Shown piece by piece: positions 41,288 through 53,170 of a stretch of DNA of 64,000 nt (position 1 is the first letter of the stretch; every line of letters begins with the position of its first letter). The notes under the pieces are model-generated. The model was not told the DNA's origin, did not search any database, and saw nothing but the letters and a program-made list of their open reading frames with translations. Position numbers and translations under genes: made by a program. The stretch comes from Catajapyx aquilonaris (Eukaryota), in NCBI GenBank assembly GCA_000934665.2, contig JYFJ02000441.1, positions 1-64,000 of the forward strand, written 5' to 3'.

Positions 41288-43575
41288 TCATATGTGAATT
41301 TGCAGGTGAGTTTTTAAATGACTTGCATAGCGAAAAAATTTCTGGCACACCTCGCAAATGTATGGTTTCTCTCCTGTATGAATTCGCATGTGACTTTTCA
41401 AATTACTCGATTCACAGAATTTCTTCTGGCACACCTCGCAAATAAATGGTTTATCTCCTGTATGAATTCGCATATGAATTTTCAACCCACTTGAATGACG
41501 AAATTTTTTCTGGCACATCTCGCAAATAAATGGTTTTTCTCCTGTATGAATTCGCATGTGAATTTTCAACCGACTTGAATGACGAAATTTTTTCTGGCAC
41601 ACCTCACAAACGAAAGGTTTTTCTCCTGTATGAATTTGCATGTGAGTTTTCAACCTACTTGAATTCCGAAATTTCTTCTGGCACACCTCGCAAATATATG
41701 AGTTCTCTCCTGTATGAATTCGCATATGACTTTTCAAATTACTCGATTCACGAAATTTCTTCTGGCACACCTCGCAAATAAATGGTTTTTCTCCTGTATG
41801 AATTCGCATGTGAATTTTCCACCGACTTGAATGACGAAATTTTTTCTGGCACACCTCACAAACAAATGGTTCCTCTCCTGTATGAATTAGCATGTGAGTT
41901 TTAAAATGATGTGACTTCCGAAATTTCTTCTGGCAGACATCGCAAATATATGGTTTCTCTCCTGTATGAATTTGCATGTGACGTTTCAAAGTTATTGAAT
42001 TACGAAATTTCTTCTTACATATCTCACAAATAAATGGGTTCTCTGCTGAATGAATTCGCATATGACTTTTCAAATTACTCGATTCACGAAATTTCTTCTG
42101 GCACACCTCACAAATAAATGGTTTTTCTCCCGTATGAATTCGCATGTGAATTTTCAAACTACTTGATTTACGATATTTCTTCTTGCACACCTCACAAATA
42201 AATGGTTTTTCTCCCGTATGAATTCGCATGTGAATTTTCAAACTACATGATTGACGGTATTTCTTCTGGCACACCTCACAAACAAAAGGTTTCTCTCCTG
42301 TATGAATTCGCATGTGAATTTTCAAACTCTTTGCAGCAGAAAAAAATTTCTGGCACACGTTGCAGATGAATTGTTTTTGTCCAGTATGAATTCGCCTGCG
42401 AAATTTCAACTGGATTGAAGCTTTCTGGATCTCCTTCTTTTCCACTCCATCTTCAATGCGCACTTGCATGACCTGAAACGTCAATAAGAGCATATCAATT
42501 TCTATTTTGTAGTGAAGGTTACATATATTATAAGAGTGTGAGGGATTCCACCTGCTACCGTCATTTGTAAGGTCCCGTTTCTTAAACGTAGGGGCATGAA
42601 GTTGTCTAATGTATCCACACATTGCATACTGTACAATCACAAATTTCAGTAGAAGTCCAGTAGAAGAAATGTGGGAATGGCAGCATTAATGAAGTGTGTG
42701 GAATCGAGGTCAGAAATGATAATTTTATTAGCAGTCATGAATTTGTAGGTTTTACCTTATTAAGTGAACTTATCTCGGAAACACTTATCTGGGGGTTTGA
42801 GGCGTCCATAAACCCTCAGACCGTTAAGGGAAGGGGGCTAGGGGGGAAGGGTTGGCAACCAGCTGAGAGGGTCGAGTCGAGGGGTGTAGGTCGGGGTCTG
42901 GTGGAGGGGGGCGACCAGTTGTTTTCATTCCCACTCCACTTGTGACACAGACACATTGTGGCACATGAATAATCCTCCAAGCAATTAATTACACACTTAC
43001 CACTATACCAATGCGTATGTCCAACACGAAGTAATGTACCATGTAGTATTTGCTCCTGGCTATCTAACGGCACGATTTGCATAATTTTTGGTACATTTTC
43101 AACTGAGAAAAATTGAAAGACAGCTTTTACATTAGAGAATAGGCAAACAGTAACGCCATCTCTGGGCCAAGATGCAGCGCTCCAAAGGGGTAAGAATTCT
43201 CGTTAATATTCGCTGGCAAGTAGTACAGGAAGGAGTATGCAAGAATGAAATACACTTCATATTAAGTTATTTCATTTATGTTTGTATACTTGATATTCTT
43301 AAAAGGGGCTGTGCATGTTGTGGGAGTTTAGCGCATTTTTTTGGAAGCTGAAACATGTGGCATTAAATTCCTCATAAAAGGAACACCCAGTATGCTGGTT
43401 TAATGCCGTGTAGGGGCATTCCCCTGGATTATTATAGTGAACAAACACACAAACTTCCTAAAATATAGACATAGCTATTTTAAATTGGGTTTGATGCTGG
43501 ACTAGAGAGATTGAACAATGTTTATGGGAAAGAAAATACATCAAAGTTTCACTGTAGTTAGAACACATTGTCCTG

Positions 43576-43653
<78 letters not shown>

Positions 43654-43941
43654 GCCCGGGGACACCCCCTTCATCTTGTGCAAAGTTCAGGGTCACCTCT
43701 GGCTTCATCTCTGGTGGTATTTCCAACAGACTGAACCACCCGGGGGAGTTCACTAAAAATGGCCACGTTTAAGACATTGCACTGCACCTTGCACATCCCC
43801 TCCTGTCATCCTGCCCGTGAGCCTGGGCGCTTTGTCAAAGGTTCTAATTGTGTACATTGTATGAGTTAATAAATAAAGGTCCGTGCAATACCCGAAGAGG
43901 CGTCCAAGCACTCCCCGGATTGATTGATTGATTGATTATTA

Positions 43942-43997
<56 letters not shown>

Positions 43998-44492
43998 AAT
44001 AATAATAATAATAATTTCATATTCAGACAAAAGTGTGATTATTTGATCAACTGGTGATACTAGTACAAGATATCATGAGGATTTTGCAATGGGAACCATG
44101 TACTCCACATCATATGTGGCTGAGTTTAATATCAGCAGGAGTGTAAAAATTTCCCAAGCATCTTCCAATAGTCTGGGTGATTAATTTGTACTGATCATTC
44201 CGCGTGACTTTAGTGCAAAATCACACCACATTTTCACCACATTACGCACCCCTCCTGATCCGCCTCCTAAAGGGTCATCCTCGTCCACCCTGGGCATGTC
44301 CACCACCATCTCCTCCTCCTCCTCCGGTGGTTCTTCCTTGATCTCACGTAGAGTGTCTCGTATGAATTGAGTCGAGTCCCCGTCGAAGCAAGACGGGCTC
44401 TCCTCCTTCAAGGCCAACTTCCAGCCCTCCTCATCCACCGTGATATCTTCCTCCTCCACTTCCTCCTTCTTTATCCTCTGCACCAGTGACAT
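41288..44492 (-). CDS. Cluster ZNF gene Z11: acidic exon 44492-44250 + 13-finger exon 42472-41288
   Basis: Phase-0 GT/AG sites; promoter module ~44669-44769. Confidence 0.85.
43653..43920 (+). mobile_element. 5'-truncated SINE family 1 copy inside a microsatellite
   Basis: cccggggacacccccttcatc...cccctcctgtcatcctgcccgtg. Confidence 0.75.
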
Positions 44493-45529
44493 GGTCCTTC
44501 CTGCCAACACACAAATACTGCAGGCGTCATGTGATCATGTGCCTAGAAGGGCAGCTCACCCTTCTGCGTCCTCCACACCAGTCCGAGTGAGGGGAAAGAG
44601 AGCCCAACAACTGAAGAGAACGATGAGAAGAGACGAGACGGGTCGGAAGAAGGACTGTTCTAAAAGTTGTCGGCCATCTTTGATATTGAACTTCAATTGG
44701 GGTGCATTCCCGTCGCCACCAGACATCGAGGACGTGTTTAAGCGCTATTCCTCATCAAGAGTCGCCGCTTTTGACATAGCCGCTAATCCCAGATGATGTT
44801 GACTCACAACAGAAACTGATCACTGAAATGGTTATTATAACTTGTGCAATATATGGGACCAAAGAAAATGAAAAAGTAAATAAATACCCAAGTTCACAAA
44901 ATTTATTTTTACTTGTACAGCTACAAACCCACATTTTAATAAGTCTTTTTGGAGTAAATATCTGTCTGAAATACAAATTCAAAATCATCATCATTTTTTA
45001 AATCCAATGTGCATGCTGATTTTGAAATCATCTTTATTTTGCACAAACTTGAGCATATTAATATTGCATACCTAGACCAGTCCATTTTGATGCAGGCAGT
45101 GGGGAATGATTTTGTAATGCAGAACTTTGTCAACGTGAATGCTTTAAATTGTGAAATATGTTAGTCATTGCTTTTAGAAAACTTGAATTTAGTATTCTGG
45201 ATGCATCTAGCTCAGTGACGCGTGGATTCATGCAGTGCAAAAGATAATTAATTTCAGCTACATGATCATGATCTGCATTTTGGAGCACTTGCGACGTGAT
45301 CAAGATAACCCTGGACGTGATGACTGCTAATGGAAATTAATAAAACTACTGCAAGACCAAGAGGAATAAGTTCACCAATTTTTTACACTCTGATCCAAAG
45401 TTTTCAGAAATGGTTATTCGGGCTGAACTTGTAACAATTTTTTTGTGCCTTGTTTGCATTAAAATAATTATTACATGTGCACCACAAATAATAATTTGTG
45501 CAAAAAGCATTTTCTGTCCATTGTTGACA

Positions 45530-47575
45530 TTAATGTCTGCAGTTTAAACCTGATTTTGCATGATGAATACTGAAGTTCATGCTGCATCTGTGAATCCATA
45601 CATTGCATGAGCAGATTGCCTTTTTTCTATGAGTTATTTTTGAAAGCCTTGCACAGCCAAGGGTAGTTGAGCATTTTTGTTGCTTCTTGTAAAAGCATAT
45701 TTCTGCGAGCATTACTAGGCTTGCAAGAGCATTTCCGCCAAGGAGGATCCAAAACGCACCCTCCAAACACTCTAAGGAGAATGCCACATACTCTTCTTCA
45801 AAAACCCCATCCTGTGTCCGTGCCTTAGATGCACTCTGATGATAAATGTGATCGACGTAACTTTGTTGCTGGATGGAAAGTCCAATGCTGTTGTAGATTT
45901 GCATCCAGTAGTTGAACTCTTCAGAATAAATTGTGTTTTTCTTAAGCGCCACTGAATTATACACTATCACTAGGTAGTCAGAAGGTATTAGCACATTGTC
46001 CATTCCATACACATCAATTTTCTTAGCAAGTTCCTTCAGCTGCAGGTCACCACCCATGTAGCCTCGATTGTGCATCAAAATGTCATCACCGGTGCATTCA
46101 AGAGGGGTATCCACAACTTCCATATTTTTTATCCATTTTTTCCCAAAGTTACCCACTTCTGAGTCGATATTTCTCTGCAATGCCTCGTATAATATTCTGT
46201 TAATTATAATTGTATATTTTAACTCAATTAATTCGGCTATAGTTTCAGGCACTTTCTCTTTTGGTGGGAATGTGAGAATATCAAAAAGCTTGGTTTGATA
46301 ACCTGTGCCAATTACAATGCAGAAAAAACACCATATCAGACAAAACAATCGAGGAGCTGATGACTGTACATCGAAATAAATAGGATCTTGTTCGACAACA
46401 ACTCGTGCCAAATATTGCAGTGTGGACAAATACGATCGAAATGAAGATGGTATTCCTATCAGTTTGAATTGCTGCTTCGAAAGGGCATACAGAAAAACAC
46501 TTGACAAGGTAAGAGAAATACCAAACAAGCACCAAGTGAGTGGCTCATACGGTAATATTATGATAAGTGAAGTGTCTAGTACTCGCGGCTTTCGCACAAG
46601 GAAAGTGATTCGTTGAAGTTTGTCCAACGTAACAAGGTCAAATACAGTATTTAATATGCTAATTGTTGGAACGTATGGTACAAATGATAGTATTCCTCTC
46701 TGGAAATCGTTCACTACTTCAAGCGCTTTTTGCATGTCTGTCATAATTGCTGTGAAGTCGACACCAGTGACATACCATTTCATATTTAGAGCTTCACCCA
46801 CGAAACACATGTAGAGAAGGAAATCGTGTGGTCCACAATCTGTGTAGTTAAAGTCTTCCCAAAATAGTCCTCGAAGAGTAATACCATGCAAATTATATGC
46901 AGTGTTGTTGTACAGTATGGCATGTAGATTTACTGTGTTGGCGTCATTAATAAACGTTTCGTGATTTATTATAGGTTCACTTCCATTGCAGTAGAGACAG
47001 ACTGAATTTATACGGATGTTGTTGGGTTCAGCAGGGGTGACTGACACTTTGAATTTTATCTTCTTTGCCGGGTTTTCAGTAAGAAATGCAGGATTCAACT
47101 CATCCCGAATCCAAAACAAGAATGCGTCCTTGACCTTTCTGGCAAACACCATACTTTCTTCGCTATTCATGAGCTCGTCTATGATGCTCTCGTAATTTTC
47201 AGCACATGTTGTAACAAGATGGATTGCACACCTGACCATTTCCATGCGATTATCTGCTTTGAAAAATGCATAATCTTCACCTGAGTTAGTACAATCCCAA
47301 GTACTTAGCGACTCATATTTAGTGATAATCAATGGTCTTCCTGACGATGACACGTTGGATAATAAATCTTGTACGCTCTTTGGAAATGACTTGTTCACAT
47401 CATGGCTCACCACTAAAGGGCACTGCATCTCCAACTTGTGCTGATCTTTCAACATGTTCCACATCATCGCAGGCACCATAGTATCCCCTGCATTTTCACT
47501 AGGATTTTGAAACGCGATCTCACTGTTCACTTCCAACAACAGCAATGGAAAGACGGCTTTCCAAATGACATACAT
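45530..47575 (-). CDS. Intronless divergent ionotropic receptor (variant iGluR), 681 aa
   Basis: Signal peptide; TFLVRKP...LPY...W before M1; VVEQD pore loop; W.FFCIVI.TGYQ..L...LTFP; FSLECLEGAFWIL final TM. Confidence 0.85.
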   Translation of the reverse strand: MYVIWKAVFPLLLLEVNSEIAFQNPSENAGDTMVPAMMWNMLKDQHKLEMQCPLVVSHDVNKSFPKSVQDLLSNVSSSGRPLIITKYESLSTWDCTNSGEDYAFFKADNRMEMVRCAIHLVTTCAENYESIIDELMNSEESMVFARKVKDAFLFWIRDELNPAFLTENPAKKIKFKVSVTPAEPNNIRINSVCLYCNGSEPIINHETFINDANTVNLHAILYNNTAYNLHGITLRGLFWEDFNYTDCGPHDFLLYMCFVGEALNMKWYVTGVDFTAIMTDMQKALEVVNDFQRGILSFVPYVPTISILNTVFDLVTLDKLQRITFLVRKPRVLDTSLIIILPYEPLTWCLFGISLTLSSVFLYALSKQQFKLIGIPSSFRSYLSTLQYLARVVVEQDPIYFDVQSSAPRLFCLIWCFFCIVIGTGYQTKLFDILTFPPKEKVPETIAELIELKYTIIINRILYEALQRNIDSEVGNFGKKWIKNMEVVDTPLECTGDDILMHNRGYMGGDLQLKELAKKIDVYGMDNVLIPSDYLVIVYNSVALKKNTIYSEEFNYWMQIYNSIGLSIQQQSYVDHIYHQSASKARTQDGVFEEEYVAFSLECLEGAFWILLGGNALASLVMLAEICFYKKQQKCSTTLGCARLSKITHRKKAICSCNVWIHRCSMNFSIHHAKSGLNCRH

Positions 47576-48161
47576 TGCTTTCCAGTCTCCTGCACAAATC
47601 CAACTAACGAAGTGTCGTAGAGAGCTCAGTCAATGCAAGTATTTCAACATAAAGAGTTTCTACACCTTCAGAAAGGTTAATCAATATAATTGACAGAACT
47701 AATCAAGTATGGAGAGCTTCATTTCTGTATACCTTTGAAGGTCGCTGGTTTTTAGCATAGCACGTAAATGAATCAATAAAATGTTCAAATACTGTATAGG
47801 TCAAAAGGCAGTATAATAATTGGGAATTGTTTTGAATAATTTCTAGTGGTATCTGCGTTACTCTGTGGCCGCTTGTACTGTTGGGTAATTGTGGGTTGAT
47901 GATATATGTGTATCGACATGTTTATTTCAATCAATGTGAATCATAGGCCACTGTACAGTACCTTTGCTGCCAAGGAAACTGATTCGACACATGCAGTTTA
48001 CGTAACAAGGTCACTGCAGCCTCGCGAAATGCAAGTTAAAGCACTGTTTCAAAATTAGGCATATCAAATTGTGAAATTTTGACCCATCTAAACATGAACC
48101 CTGAACCTCACTCAATATTATGCCTATTAAAACATCACTATTGTTATGTAACAAACCAGGC

Positions 48162-50090
48162 TTAATTCACTTGAACAATTTTTTTACAGCAATAATTTCT
48201 GCTGGTGCAAATTTCACAAGAAAGGACAAGTACAGATATCACGATTCCTCCAATGAGGATCCAAAACGCGCCTTGCAAGCAATCGAAAGAAAACACGACG
48301 CCATCGTCATCCGAGATGTGGTCTCGTCTTCGTGCTTTTGCTGCCCTAAGCTGGTAGAGATGCTCGTCAAAACGTGTTTTCTTCATGGAGATGCCAATGC
48401 TGTTGTAAATCTGGACCCAAAAATCGAAGCTCTCGGCATAAGGCTTGTCTTTCAGATAAGCAACACCTTTGTATACATTTGCGATGATGTCAGATGAAAT
48501 GAAGGTGATATCCTTGTCATATATGTCCAGTTCTCTAGTTACAGTTTGCAGATACGATTTGCTGTCCATGCACACTTTATCTTGCATTAAAATGTCACCA
48601 TTGCAGCCTTCAGGTATGACTTGAAACTTGTCAAACAATTTCTTGTAACCGTCATGACGAGCGTCTCCATCAGCACAGTTAATCAGCGCCTCATAAAGAC
48701 CCTCATCAAGCAAAATTGAAAATTTTGAATCCATCAATTCTTGGACAGTCGTTGGCACATACTCTCTCGGTGGGAATATCAGCAATTCAAAAAGCATGCT
48801 CTGATATCCTGTGCAAATTACAATCGAGAAAAAACCCCACATGACAACAAATAATCGGATGGACAGCAAATTTGTGTCGAAATCAACCGGATCTTGTTCT
48901 ACCAACACTCGTGCTAAGTATTGAAAAGCTGAACAAACTGATCTAAAGAGAGGCTTTATCCCTAGCAGCTTGTAAGCTCGCTTTGACATATCACGCAGAA
49001 AGAAACTGGACAAAACTAGAGAAAACACAATGAGGCACCATGTGGTTACATCATACGGTAAAATAACAGCCAACGAATGATTTTGCGGTCTCGGATTGCG
49101 TGCAAGAAAAGTGTATATGTGTGGACTGTCAAGTATAGCCATACGGAATATTGCATAAGTGACATCTACTACTGCGAGAGCTGGTACGAATGACAACTTT
49201 CCAGAACGAAAGTCGTTCAGTAACTGAAGAGCTTTGGTCATATTAGAGACAAGTTCGCTTATAATCACTTGCTCAGTATACCATTCAAAATTAAGGGCCT
49301 CGCTCAAAAAGCAAATGTCCAGCAAACGTGCATATGGCCCGCAATCTGTATGATTATATTCTTCCCAGAATATACCGCGAAGAGTAATCCCATGCAGATC
49401 GCTTCCTGTGTCGTTATACAGCCTGAATTTAAAATTGATTGGATCAACTGATACTGACTCGATTGTTGGTTCACCTCTATTGCAATAAATGCATGCGGAA
49501 TGTGTCACAATTCGGTTGTTGTTGTTGTTGTAAGTAACTTGCAGTTTTAGTCTGATGTCCGAAGCTGGCTTTTCAGTCATACGTCCTGGATCTGTCGAAT
49601 CTCGAACCCAGATCACAAAAGCATCTTTGGTCTTTTTGGCAACAAACACGCCCGCTTCTTCGTCCAGCAGCTCTTCCATGACAGCTTCGTAGTTGTCCTC
49701 ACAGGTTGTTACAAAGTGAATGGCACATTTAAGCTTGCTGGGATCAACTAGAGATGCATCGCCTTCAGAAGAAACGGTGCAGTCCCAGTTGCTTCGTGAC
49801 TCAGATGTTGAGATGACCAGGGGTCTTCCTGCAGTGGACAGATTGGCCATGAGAGACAGTACACTTTTAGGAAATTGGCCCTCCAGATCGTGACTGATCA
49901 CTAGTGGACACTGCATGTCCAATGTGGAGTCATCTTGCAACATATTCCACATGAGATGCGGCAACAAGTCATTGCCTACATGTGGACCTGACATTTTAAA
50001 GGATACGGTGCCGCATGCAGCTCCAAAAAATAAAATCGCTATGAAAATGACCATCATGATTATCAAAATGTCTTGTATGTCCATCAACAT
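48162..50090 (-). CDS. Intronless divergent ionotropic receptor, tandem paralog, 642 aa
   Basis: Collinear with 45530-47575 (MQCPLV.SHD, C.YCN, LHGITLRG.FWE, LARV.VEQDP). Confidence 0.85.
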   Translation of the reverse strand: MLMDIQDILIIMMVIFIAILFFGAACGTVSFKMSGPHVGNDLLPHLMWNMLQDDSTLDMQCPLVISHDLEGQFPKSVLSLMANLSTAGRPLVISTSESRSNWDCTVSSEGDASLVDPSKLKCAIHFVTTCEDNYEAVMEELLDEEAGVFVAKKTKDAFVIWVRDSTDPGRMTEKPASDIRLKLQVTYNNNNNRIVTHSACIYCNRGEPTIESVSVDPINFKFRLYNDTGSDLHGITLRGIFWEEYNHTDCGPYARLLDICFLSEALNFEWYTEQVIISELVSNMTKALQLLNDFRSGKLSFVPALAVVDVTYAIFRMAILDSPHIYTFLARNPRPQNHSLAVILPYDVTTWCLIVFSLVLSSFFLRDMSKRAYKLLGIKPLFRSVCSAFQYLARVLVEQDPVDFDTNLLSIRLFVVMWGFFSIVICTGYQSMLFELLIFPPREYVPTTVQELMDSKFSILLDEGLYEALINCADGDARHDGYKKLFDKFQVIPEGCNGDILMQDKVCMDSKSYLQTVTRELDIYDKDITFISSDIIANVYKGVAYLKDKPYAESFDFWVQIYNSIGISMKKTRFDEHLYQLRAAKARRRDHISDDDGVVFSFDCLQGAFWILIGGIVISVLVLSCEICTSRNYCCKKIVQVN

Positions 50091-51637
50091 AACAGGTGCA
50101 CATATGAAACGCTGTAACCCACAGAGCTTTGCTCAAAATGAGCTGTGCCCTGTAACATCTTAATGGGGACTTGCAGATGTGCAATCAGTCCTTGAATTAT
50201 TGAAAGATGGTGAAAGACTGTGTCGTTAGACCATGTGTAATAGGATATGGTCGGCTGGTTAAGCAAAAGACGCAATGATTACGACATGTTGCGTGTACAC
50301 CAACAAGACAACCATCCAAGGAAATAATAACCATCTACTATGGCATTATTCAGAAAGATGTTTCAGACAATGTCAACATCGCACCTTATGAATAAACATG
50401 AAACTGCGGAATTTTACGCAACAATTTATGAAGAATTTTGGCATTTGAAACATTTTACAACATGGAATTGGACCCACGTTGGCTCAGATCACCTCAGTTT
50501 TATGCCATATATTCCAGTCAAATCTTGTCGATTACATTCGCTGACTTCTAGTGAGATAACTTGATATCGTTTAATCAAGTGTCGAGAGGTTTAGATCTGA
50601 CCGTGAGAACAAAAACAGATCAAAAGGTTGTACCAATAAAAATTTAATATAATGGCACACCATGGAGCAAGAGGTCACCTGAATCATTAATGAAGAGTAT
50701 ATCGTCATCTGTACACATGAGCCTACATTGATTTCTGTAGTATGAGGAGTGTACAAAGATAAGGGCTGTTATTAGAGCGCCTGCTCTTATTGATTTCGTG
50801 GTTGAACAGTTGAGTGGATTTGTTCCCCTCAACAAACTGTCATAATCATTTCTACGGCATGGCTTTGACCTATTTATGGAATATTGCAATAGCATTACAC
50901 TGAAACGCCGTATGTCTGGAATATACACCTGCACTATAGTGTGTCAAGTTCAAAAAATGATCATGATTGCAATACCTTGATTGATTCCACTTGCGTCATG
51001 CGTTTCCAGTTGGATTTCTGGACAGTTTGATGGGTGCTCTCAATGTCATATTTTATCATCATTAATTTTGATTTATCTATATTATTATTTTAAAAAATAA
51101 ATTATTATTCTCTATTCCTTGCCGATCTTGTGCTTTCAGCTTCACAATATTAAATTCCAAGTCATTGAAACATTATTATCCCATTAAAAGTTACCATACA
51201 AAAAGTATTGCCACATGCTACCACGTTCATTTCAGTCTACTTGTAAGAGTCACCCTGAGGCAACTAGCTAATAATCATCGCACTGGTACTTTTTTAAAAA
51301 AAAGTAATTAATAATAATAATAATATTTAACGAAAAGCGATTTGGATTCTTGCAATAATCTGTATATTCATAAACCCAGTTTTTGGATCAATATTTTTTG
51401 CTGAAGGGTCAAATTTAATGTGGTGATTGTAACCGCAGCACCAAGACGTGGTTCCTGGAGAGCCTGGAGGTTCCCACGCCCATGGCTCCAGTCGGCTCCA
51501 GCAGCAAGGTCCTTGGAATTACCAGGGACTGCCCGATACTCGTCTCGTTAGCCCACTGTAACCCAGATAATAACAAGAGACAAGAACTCAAGTAGACATC
51601 TTTATTGCTGCCTATTCATTCACGACAACAACTGGGC

Positions 51638-52315
<678 letters not shown>

Positions 52316-52509
52316 CTAAACACCTAAAAAATACAGGGAGCGTCATAAGATGCAGGCCACGCACCAGCCCTAGTGTGCCGCCACCCATTGGACTCTCTCA
52401 GCCTGAGCCTACACCAACAGATCAGTTGGTGAGAACACATGTCAACTACCAGTAACAACTACAAACCCCAACTCGTTCTAGCAATGTACAGTGGAATCTG
52501 CATCAAACC

Positions 52510-53170
52510 CACAAAGTCATCGGTGAAAGTATTCATGTTGGTGCTACCTGTATGGCTATGGCGTGACCGCACCAGTACTCTGCCGTACCAAAGTAAAACA
52601 CCCTAACTTCAAAACTAGTAAGGGTAAAAGGCGAAAGCACACGACCTTCACCCTTACGATCTTTGAAGTTAAGCGGCGTTTACATGTGAGAAATTCAATC
52701 ACGCAACGTCATCGCTGGGCGATAACGCGGAGTAACCAGAGTAACCAGTATCATGGGAGGCGAAAATCGATTGTTACTTTCACCTCAAACAATATTGGTT
52801 ACTTCGCTCGTCAAATCGCTCACATGTAAAAGCACCTTTAGGGTGTTTTACCTCGGGACAGCAGTACTCGCGTGTGACCCTGACAGGCACAGTTTGTCGC
52901 ATTCCTTGATTTTAGACGCAAGCGCATGGCTTATTGTGGGTTGTATATCCGCAACATTACTGGTCGCGTTGTGGCGCCGCAAGTCAATGAACGTTATTGT
53001 GGCTTTTCCAGTAACATACCAGTGCTTGGTAAAGCAACAACATTCATAGGCCTGCAGCACCGCAAGACGGTAATGTTGCGGACGCACAATAAGCGTCCAG
53101 CTTGCTATGCGCCATCTGCAAATCGGGCCACGCGACAAACCGTGCTTGTGAGGGCCACTGGTGGGGCCAC
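52510..53170 (-). repeat. Multi-hairpin copy of the aaagccacaataacgttc repeat family in the probable RPS27A 5'UTR intron
   Basis: Nested complementary arms; homology to 6545, 13591 and 39602 copies; interrupted by a MITE. Confidence 0.65.
52672..52837. mobile_element. PIF/Harbinger-type MITE (same family as 35077-35264)
   Basis: Shared TIRs; TTA TSD. Confidence 0.8.

Noticed and set aside
5085..41781. Recurring plus-strand ORFs with [11 protein letters not shown] or MNSHVNFQ repeats
   Set aside because: Antisense shadows of the 84-bp C2H2 finger repeat
5005..42472. 84-bp periodic repeats with variable cores superficially like a CRISPR array
   Set aside because: They are finger-coding units in a eukaryotic locus; no cas genes
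23132..43772. Poly-Ile, poly-Asn and poly-Met ORFs
   Set aside because: Translations of trinucleotide microsatellites
52595..52610. caccctaac as a telomerase RNA template
   Set aside because: Too short, does not fit a TTAGG template, and is one arm of a hairpin repeat
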